Below, in pieces: positions 62,182 to 64,000 of a stretch of DNA of 64,000 nucleotides. The stretch comes from Bacteroidales bacterium (GTDB lineage: Bacteria > Bacteroidota > Bacteroidia > Bacteroidales > UBA932), in the NCBI GenBank assembly GCA_016282145.1, contig JAEEJZ010000079.1, forward strand, positions 7,327-71,326. The letters are read 5' to 3'. Numbering within the stretch: the stretch's first letter is position 1; each line of letters begins with the position of its first letter. Under the pieces are notes generated by a model. The model saw only the letters and a program-made list of their open reading frames with translations, was not told the DNA's origin and ran no database searches. A program made the translations under genes and the position numbers.

Positions 62182-62976
62182 TCATTTTTTCTTTTTCACT
62201 TTTTCATACAGGGCGTCCAACTCCTTGCGGTAGGAGGATTCGGGGTACTCGCCGATGAAGTTCAGGTAGTCGTCGGTGAAGACCAGGAAGCGCTCCTTCT
62301 GCTTGGAAGAGACGGACAGGGACGCGAACTTATAGGAAGCCATCGCCGTGTAGTAGAGGATATCCTCGCGGTAACGGTTGTCCGAATCATCCTTGAGGAC
62401 ATTGCGCAGGGCGACCCGCGCCGCCTTGTAGTCCTCCATCTTGTAGTAGAGCCTGGCGTTCTCGAAAGCCTTCTTGTCCAGGCGCTCTTCCAGGTCGTCG
62501 ATCATACGGCGGCAGGCGTCGGCATTCACGGATTCGATGTGTTTGGCCAGATACTGGTTCAGGGCCGTCAGGGCCTTGTAGGTCGGCGTCTGGTCCAGTT
62601 CGTAGCGCAGCGTGGACTTGTACAGGCAGTTCACGTGCAGGAACTCCGCCTGACTGGCGAAAGGACTTCCGGGGAATTCATTCAGGAAGCGCTCGAAATT
62701 GGTTTCCGCCGTATAGAAATCCCGGCCGCGATAGTTGCTCAGGCCCCAGTAGAACTGGACGGTGTCGTCACGCTCCGTTCCGGCGGTGAGCAGCGCCAGG
62801 GATTCGAACAGTTTGGCCGCACGGTTGTAACGGCCGGCATTGAAATAGGCGAAGGCCGCCTCATATTTCTGGTCCGCGGTCCCATTGTCGAGCAGCGCGT
62901 CGAACTGTCCCTTGCAGGAGGGAATCAGCGGCAGGAGCAGCACCAGCGCAAAGAAGAAGGGAAGGAGGCGTTTCAT
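62182..62976 (-). CDS. bamD: Outer-membrane protein assembly factor BamD (TPR lipoprotein)
   Basis: 264-aa ORF with lipobox LIPSC-KGQ and TPR-like repeats (YEAAFAYFNAGRYNRAAKLFE). Confidence 0.85.
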   Translation of the reverse strand: MKRLLPFFFALVLLLPLIPSCKGQFDALLDNGTADQKYEAAFAYFNAGRYNRAAKLFESLALLTAGTERDDTVQFYWGLSNYRGRDFYTAETNFERFLNEFPGSPFASQAEFLHVNCLYKSTLRYELDQTPTYKALTALNQYLAKHIESVNADACRRMIDDLEERLDKKAFENARLYYKMEDYKAARVALRNVLKDDSDNRYREDILYYTAMASYKFASLSVSSKQKERFLVFTDDYLNFIGEYPESSYRKELDALYEKVKKKK

Positions 62977-63893
62977 CTTTTCAGGAATTTTTCCGCGTCG
63001 AGGGCGGCGCGGCAGCCGGAAGCGGCGGCATTGACCGCCTGACGGTAATGCGGGTCCTGGACGTCGCCGGCAGCGAAGACGCCCTCCACGGAGGTGGCGC
63101 TGCTGCAGCCGTCCGTAACGATGTATCCGTTTTCGTCGGTCTTGACCCAGGGGGAGAAGAGTTCCGACACGGGATGGTGGCCGATAGCGACGAAGAAGCC
63201 GTCTATGGCGATATCGAAAGTGCTGCCGTCACTGCGGAGCAGGCGGGCGCCGGTGACGCCGTTCTCATCGCCCAGCACCTCCTGCGTATTGCATTTCCAG
63301 AGGATTTTGATGTTGGGGGTATCCTGCACGCGTTTCTGCATCGCGACGGAAGCGCGGAGGACATCGCGCCGCACGATCAGGTACACCTTGCGGCAGAGGC
63401 CGGCGAGGTAGGTCGCTTCTTCGCAGGCAGTGTCGCCGCCGCCGACGACCGCCACGTCCTTGCGGCGATAGAAAAAGCCGTCGCAGGTAGCGCAGGCGGA
63501 AACGCCCATGCCGCGGAAGCGCTGCTCCGAGGGCAGCCCGAGGTATTTGGCGGTGGCCCCGGTGGCGATGATCAGGGCATCGGCCTCCAGCTGCGCGCCG
63601 CCGTCCGTCTTCAGGCGGAAGGGACGCCGGGACAGGTCCGCCTCGACGATGACGCCGCTGCGGATGTCCGCGCCGAGCTTTTTCGCCTGGCTGCGCATAT
63701 CGGCCATCAACTGGTTGGCATCGACCCCGTCCGGGAATCCCGGGAAGTTCTCTATCATGGTCGTGGTGGTGAGCTGGCCGCCGGGCTCAAGGCCTTCGTA
63801 GAGCACCGGAGAAAGTGCTGCGCGGGAGGCGTAAATCGCCGCCGTATAGCCGGCCGGACCCCCACCGATAATCAGACATTTTATTGATTCCAT
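62973..63893 (-). CDS. trxB: Thioredoxin-disulfide reductase
   Basis: ORF 62973..63902. The ATG at 63893 gives MESIKCLIIGGGPAGYTAAIYA. The redox-active CATCDG and GGGDTACEEA motifs are present. Confidence 0.93.
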   Translation of the reverse strand: MESIKCLIIGGGPAGYTAAIYASRAALSPVLYEGLEPGGQLTTTTMIENFPGFPDGVDANQLMADMRSQAKKLGADIRSGVIVEADLSRRPFRLKTDGGAQLEADALIIATGATAKYLGLPSEQRFRGMGVSACATCDGFFYRRKDVAVVGGGDTACEEATYLAGLCRKVYLIVRRDVLRASVAMQKRVQDTPNIKILWKCNTQEVLGDENGVTGARLLRSDGSTFDIAIDGFFVAIGHHPVSELFSPWVKTDENGYIVTDGCSSATSVEGVFAAGDVQDPHYRQAVNAAASGCRAALDAEKFLKR

Positions 63894-63899
63894 AACTTG

Positions 63900-63907
63900 C
63901 AAATATA
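63900..63907 (-). promoter_or_regulatory. Candidate -7-type box TATATTTG (minus strand) for trxB
   Basis: The plus strand reads CAAATATA, 6 nt upstream of the ATG at 63893. Confidence 0.45.
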
Positions 63908-64000
63908 CAAATTTTATACAATCTTTGTATTTCCATGGCCAGAAGGAGAAAGAAAATACTGGATATCGGACGCTTCAGCGAACTGTTGCGGGACCGGGGC

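Noticed and set aside
63936-64000. A partial plus-strand ORF at the window edge (MARRRKKILDIGRFSELLRDRG...), preceded by a near-consensus AATCTTTG box.
   Set aside because: Only 21 codons are visible and I do not recognise the protein. That is too little to support a feature call.
1-64000. CRISPR arrays, rRNA genes, riboswitches, and toxin-antitoxin or defence-system gene sets.
   Set aside because: I saw no spaced direct repeats, rRNA-like segments or recognisable riboswitch cores in the intergenic regions. No gene has restriction, Cas, abortive-infection or toxin motifs. Intergenic regions are short apart from 23018..23325 and 51581..51758, which are discussed in the findings.

Overview
This is about 64 kb of a visibly GC-rich Bacteroidota (Bacteroidales-like) chromosome. 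That assignment rests on SusC/SusD pairs, lipoproteins with acidic post-Cys signals, TAnnTTTG-type promoter boxes and little Shine-Dalgarno signal. All calls were made by eye from the six-frame track and raw sequence; no HMM or BLAST search was run, so family names are motif-level.

Most of the window is housekeeping:
- The dcw genes mraY'-murD-ftsW-murG-murC-ftsQ (2..6650), and ftsA-ftsZ-gltX-rpiB-truB-dcuB (24472..31290).
- apbE, tpiA, a reverse rubrerythrin, an Hsp15-like protein, a DJ-1 family protein, a PMI-like cupin, a lolE-like permease, rbfA, tyrS and tRNA-Ser(CGA).
- korAB, skp, bamA, uppS, nadK, pdxJ, a second ompH, a GT4 glycosyltransferase, recN, an rpoZ-like gene, bamD and trxB.

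There are two accessory regions:
1. A ~17.8 kb locus (6628..24432) lies between ftsQ and ftsA and splits the cell-division cluster.
   - It holds a SusC/SusD pair, two EEP-fold (endonuclease/exonuclease/phosphatase) surface lipoproteins and two GLUG-repeat beta-helix lipoproteins.
   - It also holds a 64-aa lipoprotein, a Tat-exported ComEC-type MBL hydrolase, a LamG-domain protein and a LacI regulator.
   - A perfect 14-bp palindromic candidate operator occurs twice, with a third degenerate copy.
   - I recognised no glycoside hydrolase or lyase, so I propose it as a candidate nucleic-acid or phosphodiester-polymer utilisation system. This is a hypothesis, not a demonstrated function.
2. A minimal pectin-type PUL (31401..41471) contains SusC, SusD, a 1120-aa FN3/beta-helix surface protein and a single GH28.

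Smaller curiosities:
- apbE appears to need a CTG start, in frame with and one codon after the tpiA stop.
- tRNA-Ser abuts the tyrS start codon.
- Several TAnnTTTG boxes sit only 5-11 nt upstream of start codons.

I saw no CRISPR array, IS element, integrase or rRNA.
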